Shown: positions 44,776 through 54,459, counted from the stretch's first letter. The stretch is DNA of 64,000 bases from Methanofastidiosum sp. (GCA_020854815.1 JAHKLW010000029.1:21821-85820), one strand, 5' to 3'. Notes: generated by a model from the letters alone, not told the origin. Made by a program: numbers and translations.

Positions 44776-45930
44776 GTGGAAGAAGAATACTATAAAGATG
44801 CATTTGGTAAAATAGAGGCGGCAAAGGGTGAGGCCGGTAAAGAATACAACGTATTTATACCAAATCCCTTGCCCCCTAAGATTGAGTTTGACCAGGAGCT
44901 CGTCTTGATACTGTCAAAGGCTGAAGAGAAGCTAGGAAAGCTATCTGGTGTTGGTTTATCTCTTCCAAGCCCTAATCTACTGATCATTCCCTACCTTAGA
45001 AAAGAAGCTATAATGAGTACAAGAATAGAAGGTACAAGAATCTCTCTGCAGGAAGTATTGCTTTCAGAGACTAAAGAGGGGGAAGAAAAGACGCCTGATG
45101 CGAAAGAGGTAATAAATTACATCAACACGGTAAACTATGCTTTAAAACATGTTGAAGATAATCAGATTGATTTAAGCCTTATAAAAAAGATGCACAAAAT
45201 ACTGATGGGGGGCGTAAGAGGGGATGAGAAGTCTCCTGGAAAATTTAGAGATGTGCAGAACTGGATTGGATCAGAATTTTCTAACGTATCAGACGCCATC
45301 TTTGTTCCGCCAAATCCCGAAGCCGTTCCAAAATTGATGGATGACCTAATAGATTACCTAAATACGGAGCACAATATTCCAGTTCTAGTAAGATGCGCAT
45401 TGATGCATTACCAGTTTGAGACCATCCACCCATTCTGTGATGGCAATGGCAGGATAGGGCGAAGCCTGATATCAGTTTATTTGTGCAAAAAGAAGAAGAT
45501 AATAAAACCATTACTATATATCAGTGAATTTTTTGAAAAGTATAGGCTTAATTACAATGAACTCTTGCTTAAAACTGGGCAGACGGGAAAATTTGAAGAG
45601 TGGATCAAATTCTTCTTAAAGGCCATTGAAGTTCAATCTGAAGATGCCCTGTTAAGGGCGCATAAACTCCTTCTGCTAAGAGAATCTTATAGGAAGCGGA
45701 TACAAAATGAAACACAGACCTCTGAGATTCTAAACATAATAGACTACTTGTTTTCTAATCCATTTGTTACAGTTGCTAAGGCTGGAAAGGTATCGGCCGT
45801 TACCTATCCCACAGCAAAGAGGTATATCGATAAATTAATCAAATATGGAATATTAAAGGAAACAAAACATCTGCAGAGAGAAAGAACTTATGTTGCCCAT
45901 GAGATCTACGAGATAATAAAAGAGATTTAA
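44776..45930 (+). CDS. Fic/DOC family protein (Fic domain + C-terminal winged helix)
   Basis: Canonical Fic motif 'HPFCDGNGRIGRSL'. GTG start in the ORF track; 384 aa. Confidence 0.8.
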   Translation: MEEEYYKDAFGKIEAAKGEAGKEYNVFIPNPLPPKIEFDQELVLILSKAEEKLGKLSGVGLSLPSPNLLIIPYLRKEAIMSTRIEGTRISLQEVLLSETKEGEEKTPDAKEVINYINTVNYALKHVEDNQIDLSLIKKMHKILMGGVRGDEKSPGKFRDVQNWIGSEFSNVSDAIFVPPNPEAVPKLMDDLIDYLNTEHNIPVLVRCALMHYQFETIHPFCDGNGRIGRSLISVYLCKKKKIIKPLLYISEFFEKYRLNYNELLLKTGQTGKFEEWIKFFLKAIEVQSEDALLRAHKLLLLRESYRKRIQNETQTSEILNIIDYLFSNPFVTVAKAGKVSAVTYPTAKRYIDKLIKYGILKETKHLQRERTYVAHEIYEIIKEI

Positions 45931-45963
45931 AACTATAAAGTTGTTCTAATTTTAAAGTAACTT

Positions 45964-46112
45964 GGCCCTAAAAATATATCCTATTAAAAAAATACCGTGT
46001 TTTGTTTAATAATAAGTGATCATATTAAAGGGCCCGTTAATCTCCTCAACTTCTATTAAAAGATAGGGCCAATTCGTTTTAATGGAATCTGGCCCTAAAA
46101 ATAAGGTCTGAT
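45964..46112 (+). repeat. intergenic repeat element, copy D plus an extra 'ggccctaaaaata' box
   Basis: 'ggccctaaaaatatatcctattaaaaaaataccgtgttttgtttaataataagtgatcatattaaagggcccgttaatctcctcaacttctattaaaagatagggcc' is followed by 'aattcgttttaatggaatctggccctaaaaataagg'. The minus-strand ORF 46006..46197 inside it is probably spurious. Confidence 0.8.
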
Positions 46113-46258
46113 TGCTTTCTGGTAATCGATTTGGAAACTCCAAATGAAAGAAAGGGGTATAAAAATAAGGCCAAAAAGAAAGCGTGGCCCATATCAAAAG
46201 AAATAAAAGTCAATTACGTCTTTAATAATAGAACATAAACTTTACAGGAGATAAAAAT

Positions 46259-46699
46259 ATGTCAGTTACTGATGAGCTAAAGAATATAGTTTCAGGAATA
46301 CCTGCAAAAATCAGCGAGAAAAAGGGAATTTATGGATTTGAAGTGCAGTTAGCTGAAAGGAAGGCATTTCTAGCTAAACAAAAGTTAATTTATTCAGCAA
46401 AGTTTAGAGTCGATGAGCAGAATAAGGAAGTTAGATTCACTGAAATGCTAAAAGAATCAGGGGCAGGGATGTCGTCTGGTGGCATTGACAGTGGAATGAG
46501 CCCTGGATTTGGTTTCAAGAAAGAATCTTACAACACAATGTCTGGTGCAAGAGAGGGAACAATAGAAGAACAGTCTAATCTTTTTGGAAAAAAATATGAA
46601 TATAAATTTGACTATGGGGCTATCAGAAAAAAATTTGAATCGAAGGCAACAGAACACGGATATAAATTTACCTACAAAGTTACAAGCGTCGGATTGTAG
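46259..46699 (+). CDS. hypothetical protein (146 aa)
   Basis: Clean ORF downstream of repeat copy D. No recognisable domain. Confidence 0.35.
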   Translation: MSVTDELKNIVSGIPAKISEKKGIYGFEVQLAERKAFLAKQKLIYSAKFRVDEQNKEVRFTEMLKESGAGMSSGGIDSGMSPGFGFKKESYNTMSGAREGTIEEQSNLFGKKYEYKFDYGAIRKKFESKATEHGYKFTYKVTSVGL

Positions 46700-46825
46700 C
46701 AAGAGAAGATTAATTTATTTTTTATATTTCAACTTAGAATAACTGGCGCTAAAAATAAGGCCAATTCCTTTTCTATATATTTAAATATGAGAATAACAAA
46801 TCTTTAGTAATTGATGGTGTTTTAA

Positions 46826-49800
46826 TTGAAATCTGATTTACTTACTGAATTAAACTCCCAACAGAGGAAGGCCGTTGAATCAACAGAAGGGCCAATACTA
46901 ATCATTGCCGGTGCTGGTAGCGGAAAAACTGGCGTTATAACAAAAAAGATTGCCTACCTCGTAGAGTCAGGGATACCTCAGGAGAATATTCTGGCTCTGA
47001 CATTTACAGACAAAGCTGCAGCTGAGATGCTTGACAGGGTGAACAAGCTTGTTGGCTCGACAGAGGATATAATCATAACAACATTCCACTCATTTTGCAA
47101 AGAGTTAATTGAAGATAATATCTTAGAACTCAAAATGAACTCCCCACTAAAGGTCATAGAGGATACGGCGCAACTAGTGTGGTTTATCAAAAACATAGAT
47201 TCGTTCAATCTTGAATTCATCAAAGTCGGGTTTAAGCCCGTCACTTTAGTTGAAGAGCTAAGAAAGATTATCTCAAAGTTTAAGGATGAGTTTGTTACAA
47301 TTGAAAAGCTTGAAAATTATATCGAAAACAAATCAGAAGAAAAACTAGACCTTGAAAACTACGAGCGACTTGAAACTCTAAAGGATATCCTAAAGGCCTA
47401 CAAATTCTATGAGGATTACAAGGCGAAAAATAATCTCGTGGATTTCGGGGACATGCTTACAAAAATCTATGAGCTTTTTAAAACTAGACCAACTATCCTA
47501 AAAAAGTACCAGGAGAGGTTTAAGTACATACTCATAGATGAGTTCCAGGATACAAACTTCATCCAGCTTCAAATTGTAAATCTTATAGCAGGAAAACACC
47601 AGAATCTCACAGTCGTTGGTGACGATGACCAGAGCATATACCGGTTTAGGGGTGCATACCTCACAAACATCTCTGAGTTTAGGCAAACTTACCCCTCCCA
47701 TCAAGAAATCGTCCTGGAGCAGAACTACCGAAGCACCAAGAAAATCTTGAGCGTTTCAAACAAATTAATATCGAACAAGCCTGATAGATTTGTGAAGAAG
47801 CTTTTCACAGAAAATGAGGAGGGTGAAAAGGTAACGGTGGCCCGGCTTGAAAATGAAGAGGAGCAGTCGCACTTCACATTAAATCAAGTTGAAACTCTTT
47901 TGAAGGACCATGACTATAAGGACATTGCCATCCTAGTTAGAAGGAAAAAGGATGCGCAGCCAATAATAGACACATTTGACAAGCACAAGATGCCCTACGA
48001 GTTTGTCGGGAACTCTGATTTCTTCAGAGAGCCGCTGATAAAGGATGTCGTCTCATTTATCAAAATCGCATCAAAACCTATTGAGTCAAACATTGAGATA
48101 GCAAGGGTCCTGCAAAGAAAGCAGAGCTCGATAAGACCAGTTGAAGTAACTAGATTCACAAGGTATGCCTACAAGAACAAGTTAAGCCTATATGAAGCGT
48201 TTGATAAGATTAAAGAAATAGATATAGAACAGGAAAAGTTTAATCACATAAAAGAAAAGCTAAACTTGATAGTATCACAAAAAAAGGTCCTTAATCTTCC
48301 TGAGTTAATTTACAAGATCCTCTTTGATATTGATTTTTACAGGTATGAGTTAAGCCTTAATAACAAGAGGAACATATCGCTTCTAAATCAGTTCTATAAG
48401 TTCACAGTTGACTACTATAATCTTTACAGGGATAGCGAGCTAGAAGATTTTATTGATTTTATTAATTACGCATCAAACTTTGAGATAAAGACCGAGACTG
48501 GAGAGGAAAATAACGTCATCCAGATCATGACTATACACACTGCAAAGGGCAAGGAATTCCCGGTCGTCATTGTCCCAGACCTTGTGAGCGGCAAGCTTCC
48601 AACAAGATATAGGAGTGACAAGTTTGAAATTCCAAGAGAGCTACTAAACGGAGCAGAGAGCGAGTTTGATGAGAGGGAGCTGCACCTGCAAGAAGAGCGG
48701 CGCCTGTTCTATGTTTCTATGACCCGTGCTATGAAAAAGCTTTTTATAACATATGCCAATAGGTACGGCGATAACAAACGTGATTCAAAAGCAAGCCAGT
48801 TTCTTGAGGAAATAGAATATACAAAAAATCCCGATATAAATTTCCTGACTCCAAAGACAGATCCCATCTCAATAAAGGAAGATTCGGTCAAGGGGTTAAT
48901 AAGGCAGAACTATATCGGTGAGATAATATCGGATCTCCATAGAAAGGATTACAGAGGGATTATACCAAAGCTCATGCTCCTAGAAAAGCTAGAGGGGAAT
49001 GATCACAAATCAATTGTCCAAAATCTAAAGGAGCTTGACTACGATGCGATACTAAAGCAGATAGAGGATGGCGAGATAAAAAAGGAAAAGATTATAGAAG
49101 AGGAGCTGACATTTTCAGCCTCACAGTTTAACACCTATAAGAGGTGCCCAAGGATTTACAAGTATAACTATGTATACAGGATCCCTACACTCCCAAAGCC
49201 TTACTTTGATTTAGGTGGCACTGTCCACAGCGTCATTGAGGAGCTCTCTAAAAAAATAATGGAAGGGGAATCCATAGATCTAGAGCTTGCAATAAAATAC
49301 CTTGATGCCTTCTGGAAGAGCAGCGGGTATTCAACAGAGCTAGAGGAAAAGCAGGCAAAGAAAGATGCGATTGATATTTTAGAGATATTTCTTAGAGAGC
49401 AGGAAAAGATGGATACAAAGATAGTTGAAACAGAAAAAAGATTTACAATAAAGCTTGATGAATACAGCATAAACGGGGTTATTGATAGAGTTGATAAGGA
49501 TGGAAATGAGTACATAATCTGGGACTATAAGACCTCTAAGACCCCTATTTCAGAAAGCGATCTAAGACGAGACATTCAGCTTTTAACTTACGACATGGCA
49601 GTAAAAGAGCTTTTTGGGAAGAGGCCAAAACAGGTGGGGCTATGGTATTTACGGCAAAACAAGAAGGTCGCTATTCAACCAAAGGATGAGGATATTGAAA
49701 AGATAAAACAAGAACTCCTTGAGACAATAAACAGGATAATGAATGAGGAATTTGATCCAAAGGCAGGCTGGGAGTGCTACAACTGTGACTATGCTCTACT

Positions 49801-49828
49801 GTGCGATCTTAAGGAGAAGAGTGTATGA
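46826..49828 (+). CDS. UvrD/PcrA-type SF1 helicase fused to C-terminal Cas4/RecB-like PD-(D/E)xK Fe-S nuclease (AddA-like architecture)
   Basis: Helicase motifs: I 'AGAGSGKTGV', II 'DEFQDTN', III 'VVGDDDQSIYRFRGA', IV 'LEQNYRST'. C-terminal nuclease 'IIWDYKTSK' with four Cys ('CPRIY', 'CYNCDYALLC'). Confidence 0.8.
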   Translation: MKSDLLTELNSQQRKAVESTEGPILIIAGAGSGKTGVITKKIAYLVESGIPQENILALTFTDKAAAEMLDRVNKLVGSTEDIIITTFHSFCKELIEDNILELKMNSPLKVIEDTAQLVWFIKNIDSFNLEFIKVGFKPVTLVEELRKIISKFKDEFVTIEKLENYIENKSEEKLDLENYERLETLKDILKAYKFYEDYKAKNNLVDFGDMLTKIYELFKTRPTILKKYQERFKYILIDEFQDTNFIQLQIVNLIAGKHQNLTVVGDDDQSIYRFRGAYLTNISEFRQTYPSHQEIVLEQNYRSTKKILSVSNKLISNKPDRFVKKLFTENEEGEKVTVARLENEEEQSHFTLNQVETLLKDHDYKDIAILVRRKKDAQPIIDTFDKHKMPYEFVGNSDFFREPLIKDVVSFIKIASKPIESNIEIARVLQRKQSSIRPVEVTRFTRYAYKNKLSLYEAFDKIKEIDIEQEKFNHIKEKLNLIVSQKKVLNLPELIYKILFDIDFYRYELSLNNKRNISLLNQFYKFTVDYYNLYRDSELEDFIDFINYASNFEIKTETGEENNVIQIMTIHTAKGKEFPVVIVPDLVSGKLPTRYRSDKFEIPRELLNGAESEFDERELHLQEERRLFYVSMTRAMKKLFITYANRYGDNKRDSKASQFLEEIEYTKNPDINFLTPKTDPISIKEDSVKGLIRQNYIGEIISDLHRKDYRGIIPKLMLLEKLEGNDHKSIVQNLKELDYDAILKQIEDGEIKKEKIIEEELTFSASQFNTYKRCPRIYKYNYVYRIPTLPKPYFDLGGTVHSVIEELSKKIMEGESIDLELAIKYLDAFWKSSGYSTELEEKQAKKDAIDILEIFLREQEKMDTKIVETEKRFTIKLDEYSINGVIDRVDKDGNEYIIWDYKTSKTPISESDLRRDIQLLTYDMAVKELFGKRPKQVGLWYLRQNKKVAIQPKDEDIEKIKQELLETINRIMNEEFDPKAGWECYNCDYALLCDLKEKSV

Positions 49829-50400
49829 CGTATCTTTTCATTGACACAGAGACTACCGGCCTTCCAAGGAAAAGGTATGCCCCTTATACCGATACGAATA
49901 ACTGGCCAAGGCTCGTCCAGATTGCCTGGCTCTACTGTGACCAGAACGGAGAAATATTGTCCTCAGAAGAGTACATAATTAAACCGGAAGGTTTTGTCAT
50001 CCCATTTGATTCTCAGAATATACACGGAATATCAAATGAGCGAGCCCATATGGAAGGAAAAGAACTGATATATGTCTTGAACAGATTCTCTGAATTTTTG
50101 AACAGATCAAATTACCTAGTTGCCCATAACATCGATTTTGATTTCAATGTGATAGGGGCAGAGCTTGTTAGAAAAGGCATTAACACTAGATTAAACTCCA
50201 TCAATAGATTCTGCACGATGGTTGGCACAACGGAATATTGCCAGATCCCAGGTGGCCAGTATGAGTTTAAGTGGCCAAGTCTTTTTGAACTTTATTACAC
50301 CTTATTTAATCAAACTTTTGAAGAAAAGCATGATGCCCTTTATGATGTAAAAATTTGCAGAGAGTGCTTCTTTGAGTTAAAGAAAAGAGGAATTATATAA
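49825..50400 (+). CDS. DEDDh 3'-5' exonuclease (DnaQ/epsilon-like)
   Basis: Exo I 'LFIDTETTGL', Exo II 'HNIDFDFNVI', Exo III 'HDALYDVKICRE'. Overlaps the helicase-nuclease gene by 4 nt. Confidence 0.7.
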   Translation: MTYLFIDTETTGLPRKRYAPYTDTNNWPRLVQIAWLYCDQNGEILSSEEYIIKPEGFVIPFDSQNIHGISNERAHMEGKELIYVLNRFSEFLNRSNYLVAHNIDFDFNVIGAELVRKGINTRLNSINRFCTMVGTTEYCQIPGGQYEFKWPSLFELYYTLFNQTFEEKHDALYDVKICRECFFELKKRGII

Positions 50401-50434
50401 AGTTACTATTTTGAAAAAGAAAAAATATTTGAGT

Positions 50435-50953
50435 TTAAGGAACAACAGTTACTCTGACGCTTGCGTATTTGGCCACATCTTCTGCAACGTGGCCCATTGT
50501 AAGTCTCTTAATTCCAGTTAATCCTGTTTTCCCAATGATTATATGATTGCAACATTTTTCATCTTCGGCTGTTTGTATTATGGTGTCGACAACCTTTCCA
50601 AGTTTCATGTCTGTCTTGACTTTCACGCCTTGTTTTTCTGCATACTTTGACATCTCTTTTAGAATATTGCTGCCTCTTTTGCATAGTGGGTCGTCCATCA
50701 TGCAACTCAGCTGCTCTTCAAAGAATGGGGAGTACCTCTTTATGTCGTCTGTTCCTTTTATTTTATCTTCCCATTCAGGAAGAAATCTGTCCATAGCTTC
50801 ATAGGATAGCTTTAATTTATCTACATCTACTACATGGAGCAGCATTACACATGCTCCAGTTTTGCCTGCTACCCATGCTGCATACTCTACAGCTTTTTCT
50901 GAAGCTTTAGATCCATCTACTGGGACCAATATTCTTCTTATCAATTCAGTCAT
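50435..50953 (-). CDS. universal stress protein (UspA family)
   Basis: 'ILVPVDGSKASEKAVEYAAWVA' and C-terminal 'HIIIGKTGLTGIKRLTMGHVAEDVAKYASVRVTVV'. Confidence 0.75.
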   Translation of the reverse strand: MTELIRRILVPVDGSKASEKAVEYAAWVAGKTGACVMLLHVVDVDKLKLSYEAMDRFLPEWEDKIKGTDDIKRYSPFFEEQLSCMMDDPLCKRGSNILKEMSKYAEKQGVKVKTDMKLGKVVDTIIQTAEDEKCCNHIIIGKTGLTGIKRLTMGHVAEDVAKYASVRVTVVP

Positions 50954-51198
50954 TTTCTCACCGGATATTATAGAATATTTATCTATTTAAATGTATCGAT
51001 TTTTAATAATTATTTGAATTTAAAATATTTCTTATATACTGGATATAAATAATAACATTTTTTTATCTAGAAATTATGGTAAGATAAGTAAAGCTTGAAA
51101 AGAACAAAAACGAATAATATTAGAGACTTTATCTCGATGACCTTAAAGGTCCTTTAAATTTAAATACCCTAAAATTCTCTCTAAAACTGGAAGATAAA

Positions 51199-51894
51199 AT
51201 GGAAGATGAACAATTAGAGATGTACAGGAACCCAACAAAAAAAGAAATTGAAAAACTTGAAAATGCAAAGCCTGGTGACACAATCTCTTTTGGGGATGAA
51301 GTGGAGCACTATGAGCCCAGATGGCTCAAAGAAGATGAAACACCGTTTGGCGCCGTTCTATTTGACACAAGAGAATATGCAATTAATATGAGGTCTCACA
51401 CAACGAATAAGGATATCTTAGAAAAATATATCGCCATGCAGGCCTCAGACGGGAAAGAATACCTAAAGGATAATTTTGAAAATGGTGTCAAGATAAAGTG
51501 CAATGTTGATTTTCCCTTTCCGGATGCTTCCCTCCCTGATGGAATACTTTTTAGATCAGAGGCTATGGAAGAAAAGTGGAACATCTACAAGTATGACGGC
51601 CACATATTTTTTGTAAGGAGCTGGACTGGTGAACTTAGATACATTGCAGACTACGAAGAAACAGAAGAAGGTTTTCTAGTAAAGGAAATCGCCATGGGCA
51701 AAGATGCATTCCATGAAGATAAAATCGGCTTTTATGTGAATGAAGTCCACTTTCTAATTGTAAGCCATGCACTCGGGTATTTGATCCCGCACCCCCTCCC
51801 ACATGACATTCAGGATAAGCCTGAAGAAATACTAAAGTTTTCATTTGGGGAGTTCGGGAACAGAGGATACTTTGGGTATTTCTCATTAGAATGA
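51199..51894 (+). CDS. hypothetical protein (231 aa)
   Basis: Clean ORF. No recognisable motifs. Confidence 0.35.
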   Translation: MEDEQLEMYRNPTKKEIEKLENAKPGDTISFGDEVEHYEPRWLKEDETPFGAVLFDTREYAINMRSHTTNKDILEKYIAMQASDGKEYLKDNFENGVKIKCNVDFPFPDASLPDGILFRSEAMEEKWNIYKYDGHIFFVRSWTGELRYIADYEETEEGFLVKEIAMGKDAFHEDKIGFYVNEVHFLIVSHALGYLIPHPLPHDIQDKPEEILKFSFGEFGNRGYFGYFSLE

Positions 51895-51958
51895 TTGCCA
51901 TAAAATCTACACCAACAGCAAAAGGCATAACATTAAATACTTTTCTCTCAAATAATTA

Positions 51959-52402
51959 ATGTTTCTTATGCCTCAAGAATCTGTCCTGCCAACGAAGGAA
52001 CAGGTCTATAAGATCCTGGAATATCTCCCCTACTTTGAAGACAAGGAAAACGGCTTCTTTGAATTTTTCCCCAATAGGGAAATAAAGCCTAGCATCATAC
52101 ACCGTCCGTACTATACATACTCCAGCGTTGTCAGTGATTTCATAAAGTGTCTAGAGGATCACAAATTCTTAGTCGCCCCATACGACCACAAATGCGTCAG
52201 AAAGTACTTTAGTCTTCTAAAAGGGGAATTGGATTTTTCTGATCTAAATATGCTTGATATCAGAAACATATTTTCATTTGTATTGAATGCAGAATACTTC
52301 TGCGAAGGTCAGATCGCAAGGGCGATTGACAAAGATATTTTCCGAAAGATGCTCCAGAGGCTAAACGAGATAATTGAGGAAATACAAATTTCCTCTGATT
52401 AA
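51959..52402 (+). CDS. hypothetical protein (147 aa)
   Basis: Clean ORF following the previous hypothetical gene. Confidence 0.35.
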   Translation: MFLMPQESVLPTKEQVYKILEYLPYFEDKENGFFEFFPNREIKPSIIHRPYYTYSSVVSDFIKCLEDHKFLVAPYDHKCVRKYFSLLKGELDFSDLNMLDIRNIFSFVLNAEYFCEGQIARAIDKDIFRKMLQRLNEIIEEIQISSD

Positions 52403-52499
52403 TCATTAAAATGGCCTTGCGTGTTCTGATACAAGACCCAGATTACTATCATCTCGTAAACTCCCCGATTTATATCTGGGCCTTTATATCAAATATTCT

Positions 52500-52997
52500 T
52501 TATGGTTTCCATATTTTAAATAAATCTAAATTTTCAAAATCTTTATCGTTAGTTGCTATATTTGTAATTTTGTATTCCTTGCATGTAGCTGCATGTATTG
52601 CATCTGAAAATAATAGTTTAGAAGAAAAAGACAATGCAATTTGTAATGTTTCAGGAGCGATATTTGCTATTTTCAAATTATTAAAAGCCATTATGTCTTC
52701 AATTGTTTTTCTCGGTGTATTCACTTCTTGTAAGACTTCAGACTTGTTTTTTATGTAACTTGGAACATCTAGCGGGGCAATATTATACTTCTCCGATATT
52801 TCCATTATGAGTATCTTATGATAGATTTCATCCAATACTATCCCGTTAATTATTCCATTTATCTCCATTTTCATAAGTTTAAAAAGAAAATTCTTAGTTT
52901 TTTCCTTTAGCGGATGGGAGTGGGAGTTTGAATAAATAAAAATATTTGAATCAATGAAAATTTCTCCAGAAGTAAAATTTACTAATCTCTGAAACAT
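52500..52997 (-). CDS. PIN-domain protein (VapC-like toxin)
   Basis: 'IFIDSNIFIY' (first acidic residue), 'SDAIHAATC' and 'TNDKDF', a PIN acidic-residue pattern. Overlaps the upstream small gene by 1 nt. Confidence 0.6.
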   Translation of the reverse strand: MFQRLVNFTSGEIFIDSNIFIYSNSHSHPLKEKTKNFLFKLMKMEINGIINGIVLDEIYHKILIMEISEKYNIAPLDVPSYIKNKSEVLQEVNTPRKTIEDIMAFNNLKIANIAPETLQIALSFSSKLLFSDAIHAATCKEYKITNIATNDKDFENLDLFKIWKP

Positions 52998-53212
52998 TAA
53001 TCCACCAAAAGATCTATGTCTAGATCTACTACTTCATCAATTATTTTATTAGATGCATTTATAGATTGCCTAAAGAGTTCCTTATTTTTTGTCTTATACT
53101 TGGGGGTTTTAATCTCTAAAATAACTTCCCCATCTTCAATCCCTAGTTTAGAGATATCCTCAAGTGGTTTTAGTACTCCTTTTTCTACTTTTGCATGAAC
53201 AATAATTGACAT
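52997..53212 (-). CDS. DUF104-type putative antitoxin (VapB-like)
   Basis: 71 aa, 'AKVEKGVLKPLEDISKLGIEDGEVILEI', resembling the DUF104 'ENGVLKPLE...LPEG..V.I' pattern. Directly upstream of the PIN gene. Confidence 0.5.
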   Translation of the reverse strand: MSIIVHAKVEKGVLKPLEDISKLGIEDGEVILEIKTPKYKTKNKELFRQSINASNKIIDEVVDLDIDLLVD

Positions 53213-53371
53213 ATGAACTAACTATACAAGTTAATATAAATAGTTTATGTATCTATTTTCAAAATTGATGTTAAAAGTATTGGCTCCTATCTAAATATTT
53301 TCCCCAATATGTAATATATTTTTGACAAAATCGAAACCTTTATAAATAAAATGTAATATATTTTTTACATA

Positions 53372-53800
53372 TTGGAGGTATGTAAAATGACGAGCAAAAA
53401 AGTTGTGACAAAGAAAGGTATGATTTACAGGATCATCTTCATAGCAGTTTTGATGATTTCGGGAATGCTATTAAATTTCTACAATATTGGGGAAAACGAG
53501 TTATTTGGGTATTCCACTGTTGGGAATTACCTCATCTTCATAGGATTTGTTATGATCCTTGCAACTGCAATGATCTACTTCACAAAGCGAGAAAAGATTG
53601 TTGACGAAAGGATAGAGATGTTAAGGTATAAGGCCGGGACAATGACCTTTATGGTCTTTATCTTCGTTGCTTTTGCCATAATAATCCTTGATGGCATACA
53701 GCCGATTACGATGAGATACTCGCTATTCATAAGCTACATGGTATGTGCAATACTTGTCTTCTATGTCATTGCATACAAAGTCTTAGATAGGAAGTATTAA
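53372..53800 (+). CDS. 4-TM membrane protein (DUF2178-like) upstream of an XRE regulator
   Basis: Four hydrophobic helices. The likely start is 'MTSKK' at 53387. Conserved pairing with the small HTH gene. Confidence 0.45.
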   Translation: MEVCKMTSKKVVTKKGMIYRIIFIAVLMISGMLLNFYNIGENELFGYSTVGNYLIFIGFVMILATAMIYFTKREKIVDERIEMLRYKAGTMTFMVFIFVAFAIIILDGIQPITMRYSLFISYMVCAILVFYVIAYKVLDRKY

Positions 53801-53818
53801 AGTTAAAATGAGGACTAT

Positions 53819-54013
53819 ATGAAAACAAAGATCAAGGAATTCCGAAAAGAGCAAAAGATTACCCAAGAAGAGCTTGCGGCGATTGTAGATGTAACAAGGC
53901 AAACCATTAACTCTCTGGAGCAGGGGAGGTATAATCCATCGCTAGAGCTTGCCTATAAGATTACCAAAGCACTTAACAAAGATAAAATAGAAGATGTATT
54001 CATAATGGAATAA
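53819..54013 (+). CDS. XRE-family (Cro/C1-type) HTH transcriptional regulator
   Basis: '[47 protein letters not shown]' is a canonical HTH_XRE. Confidence 0.75.
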   Translation: MKTKIKEFRKEQKITQEELAAIVDVTRQTINSLEQGRYNPSLELAYKITKALNKDKIEDVFIME

Positions 54014-54026
54014 AGAGTATTAAAGT

Positions 54027-54251
54027 TTATAAAAACTCTAAAAAATCTTCTTTTTCTATTTCTGCTTCCTTTAAAATTTTTCTTAGAAGGCCTTTTCCAA
54101 TCTCTTTGTCATGAATAGGAACGATTACAATTTTTCCTTTGGCATTACCTAATATTAAATGACTCCCTTTTTGTCTTATTTGTCTGAATCCAAACTTTTC
54201 TAAAATTTTAATAATTTTTTCAGGATTTAAAGGTATTAGTTTTTCAGACAT
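54027..54251 (-). CDS. hicA: HicA-family toxin (second copy)
   Basis: 'LEKFGFRQIRQKGSHLILG'. Overlaps hicB by 8 nt. Confidence 0.7.
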   Translation of the reverse strand: MSEKLIPLNPEKIIKILEKFGFRQIRQKGSHLILGNAKGKIVIVPIHDKEIGKGLLRKILKEAEIEKEDFLEFL

Positions 54252-54459
54252 TTACTTCGACTCTCTGAATGCCCAAAAATTTAATATCCTCTTTTTGTTC
54301 TTCCTTGACTTCTAAGTAAAGTTCTATAGCTTCTTTAATCCTAATCAAAAGCTCGTCTATTGATCTGGCTTGAGTATGGCATCCAGGGAGTAGTGGTACA
54401 CTTCCAACATAATACCCATCTTCGTCCATCTCTATTACTACATCATAAGTTTTTCCCAT
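54244..54459 (-). CDS. hicB: HicB-family antitoxin (second copy)
   Basis: 'YDVVIEMDEDGYYVGSVPLLPGCHTQARSIDELLIRIKEAIELYLE'. Confidence 0.65.
   Translation of the reverse strand: MGKTYDVVIEMDEDGYYVGSVPLLPGCHTQARSIDELLIRIKEAIELYLEVKEEQKEDIKFLGIQRVEVNV

Noticed and set aside
42343-46112. Possible CRISPR array, suggested by the repeated intergenic units
   Set aside because: The units are 110-130 bp, not 25-40 bp. They are irregularly spaced by 0.5-1.4 kb with protein-coding genes between them, and no cas genes are present.
46006-46197. 63-aa minus-strand ORF (and 42416..42613 on the plus strand) inside copies of the intergenic repeat element
   Set aside because: The ORFs are created by the repeat sequence itself and are not conserved between copies. 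One begins in a repeat and overlaps hicB.
52411-52758. 115-aa plus-strand ORF
   Set aside because: It overlaps the PIN-domain gene on the opposite strand almost completely. It is hydrophobic and low-complexity with no independent support.
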